Below are positions 1 to 9,478 of a stretch of DNA of 44,886 nucleotides, one piece after another. Origin of the DNA: an uncultured Pseudomonadales bacterium (lineage in GTDB: Bacteria; Pseudomonadota; Gammaproteobacteria; Pseudomonadales; UBA7434); NCBI GenBank assembly GCA_905480475.1, contig CAJQQO010000111.1, forward strand, positions 1 to 44,886. The letters run 5' to 3'. The notes beneath the pieces were generated by a model that saw nothing but the letters and a program-made list of their open reading frames with translations, made no database searches and was not told where the DNA came from. The position numbers and the translations under genes were made by a program. How positions within the stretch are numbered: position 1 is the stretch's first letter; every line of letters starts with the position of its first letter.

Positions 1-1
1 C

Positions 2-484
2 GCCGCCTCATTACAATCGGCGCAAAATGTTCAACGTCGCGGTTATGATCAGTCGCTGTGGTTAGATCCGATTGAAATGAAATATATCGAAGAACTTTCG
101 GGTATGAACTTTTTTGTTCTGCTTAACGGCGAGTTACATACCCCGGTACTTAATGGCTCGTTCTTAGCCGGGATTACTCGCGACTCCATTATCAGCTTGG
201 CAAAACACCAAGGGATTACCGTAGTTGAACGCAATATTCCTATTGAAGAAGTATTAAGTGGCATTCGCACTGGTGCTGTTAGCGAAATTTTTGCCTGCGG
301 AACAGCGGCTATTGTTAGCCCGGTCAGCTTAATTGCCGATGCCGATGACACTATTTATCAAGTGGCCAAAGTTGATGAGCTTGCAGCAACACTGCGTCAA
401 TCACTGTTAGCGATTCAAGAGCGTCGTGAAGATGATCCGTTTGGCTGGACGATGGAAGTTGCCGAGCACTATAGTCCCAAATAG
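2..484 (+). CDS. ilvE: Branched-chain amino acid aminotransferase, C-terminal part (5'-truncated by window edge)
   Basis: Frame open from base 2 (AASLQSAQNVQRRGYDQSLWLDP...). Class IV PLP aminotransferase motifs YIEELSGMN, LAGITRDS, FACGTAA. Confidence 0.9.
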   Translation, partial: AASLQSAQNVQRRGYDQSLWLDPIEMKYIEELSGMNFFVLLNGELHTPVLNGSFLAGITRDSIISLAKHQGITVVERNIPIEEVLSGIRTGAVSEIFACGTAAIVSPVSLIADADDTIYQVAKVDELAATLRQSLLAIQERREDDPFGWTMEVAEHYSPK

Positions 485-513
485 GCCCTGCATAAAAAAA
501 CCTTAGTTGATTT

Positions 514-3500
514 TTATTCGACGTTAAGAAATCTCGCCCAAACTTTCTCAACGTTCTGCCTATGGCTGGCAAATACTTGTTGCGATTCTGCAGACGATTG
601 CTGCTCTTTTTGCTGTTTAAGTGCATCCAAATGCGCTGCTGCGCGATAGTCCTGATACGCCTGAATAAGTTGCTCGGATTCTTGCGCACTAATAATTTCG
701 ACTTCAGCCAGTGACTCAAGAATACGTATATTATCAGTCCATCGCGCCAAGCTTGGAAACGCGCCAGCGTTAGCCAACACACAAAACTGCACTAAAAACT
801 CTATATCAACAATACCACCACGACTTTGTTTGATATTAAAGTGCTGATCAGCACTTTTATCTTGCCCTACAGGTTTATTGTCCAAGTGCTCGCGCATTTT
901 ATTGCGCATTTCAATAACGTCATTGCGTAGCGTTGATATAGAACGCGACTCGCAGAGTAGATCTTTGCGCAACTCGGTAAAACGTTGCGATAATCGACTA
1001 TCACCCGCCACTGCTCGCGCACGTACTAAAGCCTGATGCTCCCATGTCCAAGCGCTTTCACGTTGGTAGCGTTCAAAGGCATCAAAACTGCTCACCAATA
1101 ATCCCGACGCCCCCGAAGGACGCAAACGCATATCCACTTCATATAGCGCACCGCTGACGGTTTGCGCGGTCAAAATATGAATAACACGCTGACCTAAACG
1201 ATTAAAAAATACCGAGTTAGCAATTGCCTTTTGCTTAGGCCCTGCCAGCGTTTCGGCTTGAGAATCCGTATCGTGAATAAAAACCAAATCAAGATCCGAT
1301 GCCGGACCTAATTCAATACCACCTAATTTTCCGTACCCCACAATAATAAAGTTTTCACTATTGGCAAAGCTTTGCCCGCCGCCATTTCTAGCATTGATAT
1401 TAGCATTGGCATCGGCAATTTTAGGCGCACCGTATTTAGCTTCCATTTCATTCCAAGCAAATTCCAGTACCGCTTGTAAAATCACCTCGGCCAAAAAACT
1501 TAAGTAGTCGGAAATTTTCATTAGCGGTAAAACGCCACTAATCTGACATGCGGCGACGCGTAATCCATGCGCCAATTTGAAATGCCGCAAGACATCCATC
1601 GCAACTTCCAAATCATTATTTTCAATGCGTAATAATTGCTGGCGCAACTCATCAGCCAACTGCTCGCCGCTTGGCACCGTATATAAATTGCGGTGATCTA
1701 ATAACTCATCCAATAGGGATGGATAGCTAGCAAGCTGCTCAGCGACCCACGGGCTGGTCTGGCATAGACTCACGAGTTGCTTAAGTGCTTTTGGATTTTC
1801 CAGTAGCAAAGCCAAATAAGCAGTTCGACGTAGTACCGAATCAAGAAAAGGAAATACCCGTTTTAAAGCTAGCGATGGCTGTTCGGCTTCAGCGCATAAA
1901 CTCAGCAGCATCGGCATCAGTTTATCCAGACGATCACGGCCAAGATTTTCAATCACGAGTAAACGGCGACTGCCTTTAAATTCGTTGAGTAATCTTAATG
2001 ATTCGGCATCAACGGCTTTTAATGACTCCTTATAAATAGCGTCAACTTCACCGTTATTAGTTTCACAGCTTTTATCATTGCTGATATTAAGATCGTCAGA
2101 CAGCCACAGCCAACGCCAAAACTCTAATGACTCGGATTCTTCAGCACTCTCATCTGCCGCGTCTGCTTCATCACTGGTAACGATACCGGAAAATAAATAT
2201 CTAACATTTTCTCTATGTTGATTTAGACTAAACAAATACTCGTCAACACTATTATTCTGTGGACTGTCTTCAAGACCAAAGCCCATCGCAAAAGCTAAAC
2301 GCTGTTGAGCATCAGGATCCATTGGCAGCTTTTGAGTTTGCTCATCACGCCAGCCTTGCAAGGCATGTTCAGTGTCACGCAAAAAGCGATATGCCGCCGA
2401 CAATTTATTAAGCTGCTCTGACGACAAGCAATTCGCCGCTTCGAGTATAGGTAACATCTTAAGCAAATTGGCTTGTTGGAAATCGACAATACGTCCACCA
2501 TGAATTAATTGAAACGATTGGACAATAAACTCGACCTCCCTAATTCCGCCCGCGCCCAATTTAATATCTTGCGCCAGATTCTGCCGCTTAACCTGTTGCT
2601 CAATTAACTTTTTCATATCGCGCAGCGCATCAATCGCGCCAAAATCAAGATAGCGTCGATAAACAAAAGGCCTCAATGTACTGAGCAATTGCTGGCCGGA
2701 CTCAATATCACCAGCGACAGCGCGAGCTTTAACCATCGCATAGCGTTCCCACTCGCGGCCATGCTGCTGATAATAGTTTTCTATCGCGGTAAAATTTAAA
2801 ACCAACGGGCCGCTTTCGCCATTCGGTCGCAAACGCATATCGACCCGAAATACAAAACCGTCAACCGTTCTGCTATCGATAAATCGAATTAATTCTTTAC
2901 CTAATCGGGTAAAGAATTCGTGATTGCTAATAGCATTTTTCTGATCACTGGTTTCGCCCGACTCGGCGTAGGCAAAAATTAAATCAATATCCGATGAAAG
3001 GTTTAACTCGTAAGCACCTAGCTTACCCATGCCTAGCACCACCAAGCGCTGCGGTGATTGGCTAGCATCTCCAAGCGGCTCGCCGTGCTTTTTCACCAAC
3101 TGCTTATGCAAATAATTTAATGCAGCATCAACACAAGCGCTAGCCAGCAAAGATAAATCTAAAGTGGTTTCTTCCAAGCTGCCAAGTCGATTTAAATCAC
3201 GCCAAATAATGCGCAACATTTCGCGCTGGCGAGTTCTTCGCAATACGCTTAAAACATCTTCATCGGCTAATGGATCTGCATCTGTATTTGCCTGCCTTAG
3301 CCTAGTCTCTAACGCTGCACTATAAACTACGCTTTGACTACGATCACTGTGGCTTGCACTATCGCTTGCAGTAGAACTTGCAATATCGAGATGGTAATTA
3401 CGATCTAAATCACCACTATCAATTAGCTCTAGCAATACAGCGCTATTAGCGCAGCAACTGTCCAGCGCAAACTCACTGCATAACCAAAACTTTGCTAGCT

Positions 3501-3699
3501 GCTCAGCGGCAACTTTCTCGGCAGCTATATATTCAATCAATATTTTTGCAGGATGCTGTTCGTCCGGCACGCAATCTTCGGCAGCGTCGGAAAACCTTGT
3601 GCAAGCGTGATTAAGTTGGCTAGAAAAATGGGCGGGAACAAAAGCAGCAAGCTGACTTGCTAATTGATGACTAAGCGCTTGCGCAGTAGGTTCTGACAT
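514..3699 (-). CDS. glnE: Bifunctional glutamine synthetase adenylyltransferase/adenylyl-removing enzyme
   Basis: Two nucleotidyltransferase halves: GMGKLGAYELNLSSDIDL / RVDMRLRP and GYGKLGGIELGPASDLDL / EVDMRLRPSG; WEHQAL; GGIREVEF and GGIVDIEF. Confidence 0.97.
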   Translation of the reverse strand: MSEPTAQALSHQLASQLAAFVPAHFSSQLNHACTRFSDAAEDCVPDEQHPAKILIEYIAAEKVAAEQLAKFWLCSEFALDSCCANSAVLLELIDSGDLDRNYHLDIASSTASDSASHSDRSQSVVYSAALETRLRQANTDADPLADEDVLSVLRRTRQREMLRIIWRDLNRLGSLEETTLDLSLLASACVDAALNYLHKQLVKKHGEPLGDASQSPQRLVVLGMGKLGAYELNLSSDIDLIFAYAESGETSDQKNAISNHEFFTRLGKELIRFIDSRTVDGFVFRVDMRLRPNGESGPLVLNFTAIENYYQQHGREWERYAMVKARAVAGDIESGQQLLSTLRPFVYRRYLDFGAIDALRDMKKLIEQQVKRQNLAQDIKLGAGGIREVEFIVQSFQLIHGGRIVDFQQANLLKMLPILEAANCLSSEQLNKLSAAYRFLRDTEHALQGWRDEQTQKLPMDPDAQQRLAFAMGFGLEDSPQNNSVDEYLFSLNQHRENVRYLFSGIVTSDEADAADESAEESESLEFWRWLWLSDDLNISNDKSCETNNGEVDAIYKESLKAVDAESLRLLNEFKGSRRLLVIENLGRDRLDKLMPMLLSLCAEAEQPSLALKRVFPFLDSVLRRTAYLALLLENPKALKQLVSLCQTSPWVAEQLASYPSLLDELLDHRNLYTVPSGEQLADELRQQLLRIENNDLEVAMDVLRHFKLAHGLRVAACQISGVLPLMKISDYLSFLAEVILQAVLEFAWNEMEAKYGAPKIADANANINARNGGGQSFANSENFIIVGYGKLGGIELGPASDLDLVFIHDTDSQAETLAGPKQKAIANSVFFNRLGQRVIHILTAQTVSGALYEVDMRLRPSGASGLLVSSFDAFERYQRESAWTWEHQALVRARAVAGDSRLSQRFTELRKDLLCESRSISTLRNDVIEMRNKMREHLDNKPVGQDKSADQHFNIKQSRGGIVDIEFLVQFCVLANAGAFPSLARWTDNIRILESLAEVEIISAQESEQLIQAYQDYRAAAHLDALKQQKEQQSSAESQQVFASHRQNVEKVWARFLNVE

Positions 3700-3890
3700 A
3701 ATCGATAGGTAGTTGTGAATAGTAGCCGCAGTATACTGCGAACGATTTAGCGTTGGGATAGATAAATATTAATATTTAATTCTAGTCGGACCTAAGATAC
3801 AAAATGTTATTTAGCATCAAGCTACATAGCAAAGCACAAAGACTAACAGCTTACTTTCTACTTAAAAACGGCGCTTCTATTAAATACCCA

Positions 3891-5723
3891 CTAACGCTCT
3901 GCGGCCGGAGTAACTCTTAGCACTTCTTCTACCGTGGTCAAACCCGAAGCTAGCTTTTGCGCCCCTGATAAACGTAAGGATCGCATACCCTCGCGCATAC
4001 CTTGCTGTCGTAGATCATCAATATCACAATCATCTTTAATTAAACGACTGATATCGCGACTAATGGGCAGAATCTCGTAAATACCCTGACGACCAAAGTA
4101 CCCAGTATTGCGACACTCTAAACAGCCCTCAGCTTGAAAAGTTTTTTCTGGCTTGGCAACCTTCCATGGACTGGTTAAGTCATGCCAAACGTCCATTTCT
4201 ATTGACGTCGGCGTTTTACAATGCGGACAAAGCGTTCTCACCAATCGCTGGGCCATAATGCCAATAACCGTGGCGCGAATTAAATACGCTGGCACACCCA
4301 ACTCTAACATTCGGGATACAGCGCTTGGCGCGTCGTTAGTATGCACAGTTGAAATAACCAAGTGACCAGTTAGCGCGGCCTGCACTGCCATCTCTGCGGT
4401 CTCAGGGTCACGAATCTCACCAATCATAATAATATCAGGGTCTTGCCGCATCAATGCACGCACACCGCTGGCAAAAGACAAATCAATTTTATTATGTACC
4501 TGCATTTGATTAAACGCAGGCTCGACCATTTCTATTGGATCTTCGATAGTGCAAACATTGACATCGTCGGTCGCTAATTGTTTTAGTGTCGAATACAAAG
4601 TAGTGGTTTTACCCGAGCCAGTTGGGCCGGTTACCAATAAAATACCGTTAGGCCGTTTGGCCATATTTGACCAGCGCTTATAGTCATCGTTGATTAAACC
4701 TAAATCCTCAAAACTGCGCAGTAATACATCGGGATCAAAAATCCGCATCACCAGCTTTTCACCAAAAGCAGTTGGCATGGTAGACAAACGTAACTCAACC
4801 TCATTGCCTTCGGGGCTTTTAGTTTTTATACGTCCGTCTTGCGGTTTACGTTTTTCAGCCAAATCCATTCTGGCTAAAATTTTCAAACGACTGGTAACAG
4901 CATTAATAACCTGTGGCGGCAATTCATAAATATTACACAGCACACCATCAATTCTAAAACGAATATTGCCGTGCTCGCGCCGTGGTTCAATATGAATATC
5001 ACTTGCGCGTTGATCAAAAGCGTATTGCAATAACCAATCGACAATATTAACGATATGCTGATCGTTGGCGTCAGGGTCTTTTAATTTACCCAGTTCTAAC
5101 ATTTGCTCGAAATTAGAAATCGCCGAGTTAGTGTTTTTACCGCCACCCACTGCACCGGAGACCGAAGTCACCAAGGTATAAAACTCCACGCTATAACGAT
5201 TGATATCAGCGGGGTTTGCTAACACGCGAACAATACGTTTTTGTAGAGCGTGCGAAAGATTTTCTTCCCAACTGCTCACATGGGGTTGGGCGCTGGCAAT
5301 ATGCACTTCGTCGGCTTCAACCTTAACCGCCATAATTTGATGGCGCTTGGCAAAAGCAAAAGACATCACATCGGTAACTGCGCGGGTATCGATTTTCATT
5401 GGATCGATATGCACAACTTCCTGATCCGCTTTAGCCGCTAACCAAGTGAGTAAAATATGTAAGCTTAATTTATGGCCGGGATGACGCTGATTTTCGAGCT
5501 GCTGATCGGCAATATAATTTAATGGATGTTGCTCAACTTCGTGTTTGTTGCGGCTCTGGGAAGTCAGACGGTGAATATCATCTTGGGAAACCAAACCATC
5601 GCTCAGGAGATCATCAAGTAGTGAGCGCAACGTTAGTATGCGATCATTTTTAGCGTTGCCGTTTTGCGAGGCGTCTATGCCCGAACGACTTGCCTGCGTC
5701 TGTGTTTTTGCGGTGTTATTCAA
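3891..5723 (-). CDS. GspE/PulE/PilB-family secretion or pilus ATPase (TTG start uncertain)
   Basis: ASDIHIEP, Walker A GPTGSGKTT, TIEDPIE, MRQDPDIIMIGEIRD, TGHLV, and a tetracysteine motif CPHC...CLEC. Confidence 0.93.
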   Translation of the reverse strand: MNNTAKTQTQASRSGIDASQNGNAKNDRILTLRSLLDDLLSDGLVSQDDIHRLTSQSRNKHEVEQHPLNYIADQQLENQRHPGHKLSLHILLTWLAAKADQEVVHIDPMKIDTRAVTDVMSFAFAKRHQIMAVKVEADEVHIASAQPHVSSWEENLSHALQKRIVRVLANPADINRYSVEFYTLVTSVSGAVGGGKNTNSAISNFEQMLELGKLKDPDANDQHIVNIVDWLLQYAFDQRASDIHIEPRREHGNIRFRIDGVLCNIYELPPQVINAVTSRLKILARMDLAEKRKPQDGRIKTKSPEGNEVELRLSTMPTAFGEKLVMRIFDPDVLLRSFEDLGLINDDYKRWSNMAKRPNGILLVTGPTGSGKTTTLYSTLKQLATDDVNVCTIEDPIEMVEPAFNQMQVHNKIDLSFASGVRALMRQDPDIIMIGEIRDPETAEMAVQAALTGHLVISTVHTNDAPSAVSRMLELGVPAYLIRATVIGIMAQRLVRTLCPHCKTPTSIEMDVWHDLTSPWKVAKPEKTFQAEGCLECRNTGYFGRQGIYEILPISRDISRLIKDDCDIDDLRQQGMREGMRSLRLSGAQKLASGLTTVEEVLRVTPAAER

Positions 5724-6146
5724 ACCGTTAATCCCGATAGTTTGTTACGCAGCTTAGCGAGCTGCTGCCAGTGCGTTTGAGTAGCTGAAAACGGATAGCA
5801 ATTATCTGCCCATTAATCGCTTAAGTGTAGTTGTTTTGTCGCGTTTCTGTTCCGCACTGATCGACATTTAATCGAAAAAATCGATTAGAAAATGTGCAAA
5901 TTCGCTCAAGTCTTATGCCAACTCCTGTAGTGGCATAAAGCTTTTCCCTTGCCGAGGTTCTTGATAGGCTGCTAAATAAGCTAGGCGCTCAATTTTTCGC
6001 GCCCGTTTATAGCCGTCAACCAACCCAAGCAGCTTGTTATTTGATTGTTTAACTAGCCTAAACCAGCTTAGCCACGTAGCTAAATTCATTAGTAAAACTA
6101 TTTAGCAAAACATGATTGCTAGCTGGCCAACGAGTAAACTCACTGC

Positions 6147-7295
6147 ATGTCAAAACTTATCACCACGCTTAAAGAGCTAATTGCACTGCCATCGATTAGC
6201 AGCGCCGATCCCAAATTGGACACATCTAATCAAGCGGTTATCGATCTATTGGCCGAGCGGCTGGCAGATCTTGGCTTTAGCATCGAAATCCAGCCCGTCA
6301 GTGAAAATAAGTCCAATCTGATTGCGACGTTAGGCAGTGGCCCCGGCGGTTTAGTGCTCGCAGGCCATACGGATACCGTGCCTTACGACGAAGGCAAATG
6401 GCAGTCAGATCCGTTTATCGTCGATGATAGAGACAATCGTTTTTATGGTTTAGGCACCACCGATATGAAAGGTTTTTTTGCCGTCGCACTAGAGGCGATA
6501 AGCCAAATCTGCGCCAATCTACCCGCAGATGGAAAACTGCAACAGCCGCTAATTTTGCTAGCAACTGCTGATGAAGAAACCAGTATGGCGGGTGCCAGAG
6601 CGCTAGCTGCCGCGGGCAAACCCAAAGCGCGCTACGCTGTGATTGGCGAGCCAACCGGGCTTAAACCGGTGCGCATGCATAAAGGCGTGATGATGGAATC
6701 CATCAAACTTGAGGGGCGATCCGGTCATTCCTCCAATCCAGATCTGGGTATTAGCGCGCTCGATGCTATGCACAAAGTCATTGGCGAGCTGATGTCACTG
6801 CGCGAAAGCTGGGGCAAAAAATATCAAAACCCGGCCTTTGAAGTTATTTTACCGACCTTAAATTTGGCCAGTATTCATGGTGGTGATGCACCCAATCGCA
6901 TCTGTCGCCACTGCGAGTTACGCTTTGATGTGCGACTACTACCCGGTATGCGCAACGATGAAGTTAGACAAAGCATTAAAACAAGAGTCGATTCAGCCTT
7001 GGCAGGCAGCCAAATAAACGCCCAGTTTGATTCGCTATTTGAAGGCGTCAGTGCGTTTTTAGAGCCAGAAACCAGTGAGCTGGTGAAGTTTGCCGAAAAA
7101 CTTACCGGCCACAGCGCGATCAGTGCGGGCTTTGCCACCGAAGCGCCCTTCATGCAAGAACTCGGAATGCAAACCATTGTTATGGGCCCGGGCAGTATTG
7201 ATTGCGCACATCAAGCCAATGAATATCTCGCTCAGGATCAAATTAACCCGGCGGTTGATCTGTTAAAAAGTCTTATTCAGCAATACTGCGTATAA
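6147..7295 (+). CDS. argE: Acetylornithine deacetylase (M20 family)
   Basis: GHTDTVP, GTTDMKG, ADEE, IGEPT, AHQANE; directly upstream of argA. Confidence 0.93.
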   Translation: MSKLITTLKELIALPSISSADPKLDTSNQAVIDLLAERLADLGFSIEIQPVSENKSNLIATLGSGPGGLVLAGHTDTVPYDEGKWQSDPFIVDDRDNRFYGLGTTDMKGFFAVALEAISQICANLPADGKLQQPLILLATADEETSMAGARALAAAGKPKARYAVIGEPTGLKPVRMHKGVMMESIKLEGRSGHSSNPDLGISALDAMHKVIGELMSLRESWGKKYQNPAFEVILPTLNLASIHGGDAPNRICRHCELRFDVRLLPGMRNDEVRQSIKTRVDSALAGSQINAQFDSLFEGVSAFLEPETSELVKFAEKLTGHSAISAGFATEAPFMQELGMQTIVMGPGSIDCAHQANEYLAQDQINPAVDLLKSLIQQYCV

Positions 7296-7437
7296 CCGCG
7301 ACGAACTGGTAAGCTTAGATTTCAGACTATATCCGTACTAGGCTTAAAGCAGATCTGAGTAATTCGCTGGCGTTGAACGGGATCAATTGTTTAACGGCAT
7401 CAGTATCAATACTAATAGAGCAAAGAATATAACAAGC

Positions 7438-8781
7438 ATGAGCAGCACCGAACCAACAGACTACGGCCAGCTAATCCGCTGGTTTCGTCAAGCGACACCG
7501 TATATCAACAACCATCGTGGCAAAACCTTTGTCATCATGCTGTCGGGTGCTGCGGTTGCGCATAATAATATCCGCAATATTGTGCATGATATTGCGCTGC
7601 TTAATAGCCTCGGCACACGCATCGTATTGGTTCATGGCGTGCGTGCGCAACTCAATACCAAGTTAGAGCAACTCAATATTCCAAGCGCGTTTATTCAAGG
7701 TATGCGCGTCAGCGACAAAGCCATCATGGATGCAGCGATTGAAGCTTCCAGCTTGGTTCGATCACAATTAGAAACCCGACTATCGATGGGACTACCCAAC
7801 TCGCCCATGCACGGTGCCAGAGTAAGAGTTGCCTCAGCGAATGTCATCACGGCCAAACCGGCAGGTATTATTGACGGTGTTGATTTGCAACATACTGGAT
7901 TGGTTAGAAAAATTGATACCCAAGCGATTAACACCTTATTGGATATGGGTAATGTGGTTTTGTTATCACCGCTAGGTTACTCGCCCACGGGTGAATCCTT
8001 TAGTTTGGCCTATGAACAAGTAGCCGGTGAAATTGCCAGCGCACTAAAAGCCGATAAATTAATTGCCTTTACTGACTCCGACGGTATTTACGATAAGGAA
8101 GGGAATTTACTTAGAGAGCTTAATCCCATTAGCGCGGCAAGCTATATGACTCAAGCCGGTGAACAACAAGATAGCGGCGAAACGGACGAGTCCACGCGTT
8201 GTATCAAAACCGCGATTGCTAGTGTGGAAGCTGGCGTACCGCGTGCGCACTTAATGAATTACGCCAATGATGGCGCGCTACTGCAAGAGCTATTTACTGT
8301 TGATGGTGCTGGGACACTAATACTCAGCGCTAACTTTGAAGTCACTCGACAAGCTACGGCTGATGATATTCCAGCGATCGTAGATATTATCTCGCCGCTT
8401 GAAGAGCAAGGTGTATTGGTTAGGCGTGATCGCGACAAGTTAGAAGATGAAATTGATTATTTTACGGTAGTCGAACGTGAAGGATTAATTATTGCCTTAG
8501 CGGCACTTTACCCTTATCCCGAGATTGGTATTGGTGAAGTTGCTTGTATTGTTACCCATCCGGATTATCGTAATGGTGCGAGGGGGGCGAGCTTGCTGGG
8601 TGAGCTGGAGACTATTGCCAAAGAGGCTGGGTTGGGGAGTGTGTTTGTGTTGACTACGCAGACTGCGCATTGGTTTATTGAGAATGGGTTTGTAGTGGGG
8701 AGTTTGGAGGATTTGCCTGAGGCGAGGCAGTCGCTTTATAACTATCAGAGGAATTCTCAGGTATTAGTGAAGGAAATTTGA
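7438..8781 (+). CDS. argA: N-acetylglutamate synthase (amino-acid kinase-like domain + GNAT)
   Basis: WFRQATPYINNHRGKTFV, LVHG, LSPLGYSPTGE, ELFTVDGAGT, C-terminal GNAT with YNYQRNS. ATG at 7438 preferred over TTG at 7387. Confidence 0.95.
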   Translation: MSSTEPTDYGQLIRWFRQATPYINNHRGKTFVIMLSGAAVAHNNIRNIVHDIALLNSLGTRIVLVHGVRAQLNTKLEQLNIPSAFIQGMRVSDKAIMDAAIEASSLVRSQLETRLSMGLPNSPMHGARVRVASANVITAKPAGIIDGVDLQHTGLVRKIDTQAINTLLDMGNVVLLSPLGYSPTGESFSLAYEQVAGEIASALKADKLIAFTDSDGIYDKEGNLLRELNPISAASYMTQAGEQQDSGETDESTRCIKTAIASVEAGVPRAHLMNYANDGALLQELFTVDGAGTLILSANFEVTRQATADDIPAIVDIISPLEEQGVLVRRDRDKLEDEIDYFTVVEREGLIIALAALYPYPEIGIGEVACIVTHPDYRNGARGASLLGELETIAKEAGLGSVFVLTTQTAHWFIENGFVVGSLEDLPEARQSLYNYQRNSQVLVKEI

Positions 8782-8815
8782 GAGTTTGGTTTTTGAGCCT
8801 AAAAAAACATTTGCT

Positions 8816-9421
8816 TCACTGCAACTCTGGTCTCTTCCCAGTAAACTGCCCAAAATGCTTCTGAATCCCAGAAAGATCCGCCTCCACATCTCCAGTCGTC
8901 CGCAACAGCGGCCCAAAATGCACCGTCTTACTAGGAAAATCCCACGCCACCAAAAACACCGGCACATCGGCCTTATGGGCAATATTCAAAAACCCAGTCC
9001 TCCATTTATCAACCTTACTCCGCGTACCTTCAGGCGCCAACACAAACCAAAGTTTCTCGCTTCGCTCAAAATGCTCCACCACCGAACCGACCGATCCACG
9101 GGCGCCACTGCGATCAACCGGAATAAACCCCAGCCAGCGCCAAAGCTTATCAATCGGCCAAATAAACGCTTCCTTTTTCATCATAATGGAAGCCTTAACC
9201 CCTAAGGACAAAATTATCGGCACCGCAATCACAAAATCCCAATTGGATGTATGCGGCGCAGCCGCTACCATCATTTTTTTTTCGTTCGGCAAACTACCCT
9301 CATAACGCCAGCCCGACAGCCGCATAAAAAACCGACCAATCGCTCTAGCGATACGGCTATTCATGGCAGGCATTTCACTGGGAATTAACTGCGGATCATT
9401 TAACGACTTGGGTTCATTCAT
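8816..9421 (-). CDS. 1-acyl-sn-glycerol-3-phosphate acyltransferase family (PlsC-like) protein
   Basis: PHTSNWD (HxxxxD), FIPVDR and PEGTRS motifs. Confidence 0.9.
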   Translation of the reverse strand: MNEPKSLNDPQLIPSEMPAMNSRIARAIGRFFMRLSGWRYEGSLPNEKKMMVAAAPHTSNWDFVIAVPIILSLGVKASIMMKKEAFIWPIDKLWRWLGFIPVDRSGARGSVGSVVEHFERSEKLWFVLAPEGTRSKVDKWRTGFLNIAHKADVPVFLVAWDFPSKTVHFGPLLRTTGDVEADLSGIQKHFGQFTGKRPELQ

Positions 9422-9478
9422 AGGCGGCTATTGTACAAATCTAAATACAGCAATGCAGTAAAAAACGACCAACGCGAT

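Noticed and set aside
5724-6146. ARG boxes or ncRNA in the ATPase-argE intergenic region; short inverted repeats near 5869-5887 and 5913-5938
   Set aside because: No tandem ARG-box match; the repeats are 7-8 bp and within chance expectation.
8786-9205. 139-aa plus-strand ORF rich in Pro/Arg/Lys/His
   Set aside because: Antisense to the acyltransferase; its composition follows from the local C-rich skew.
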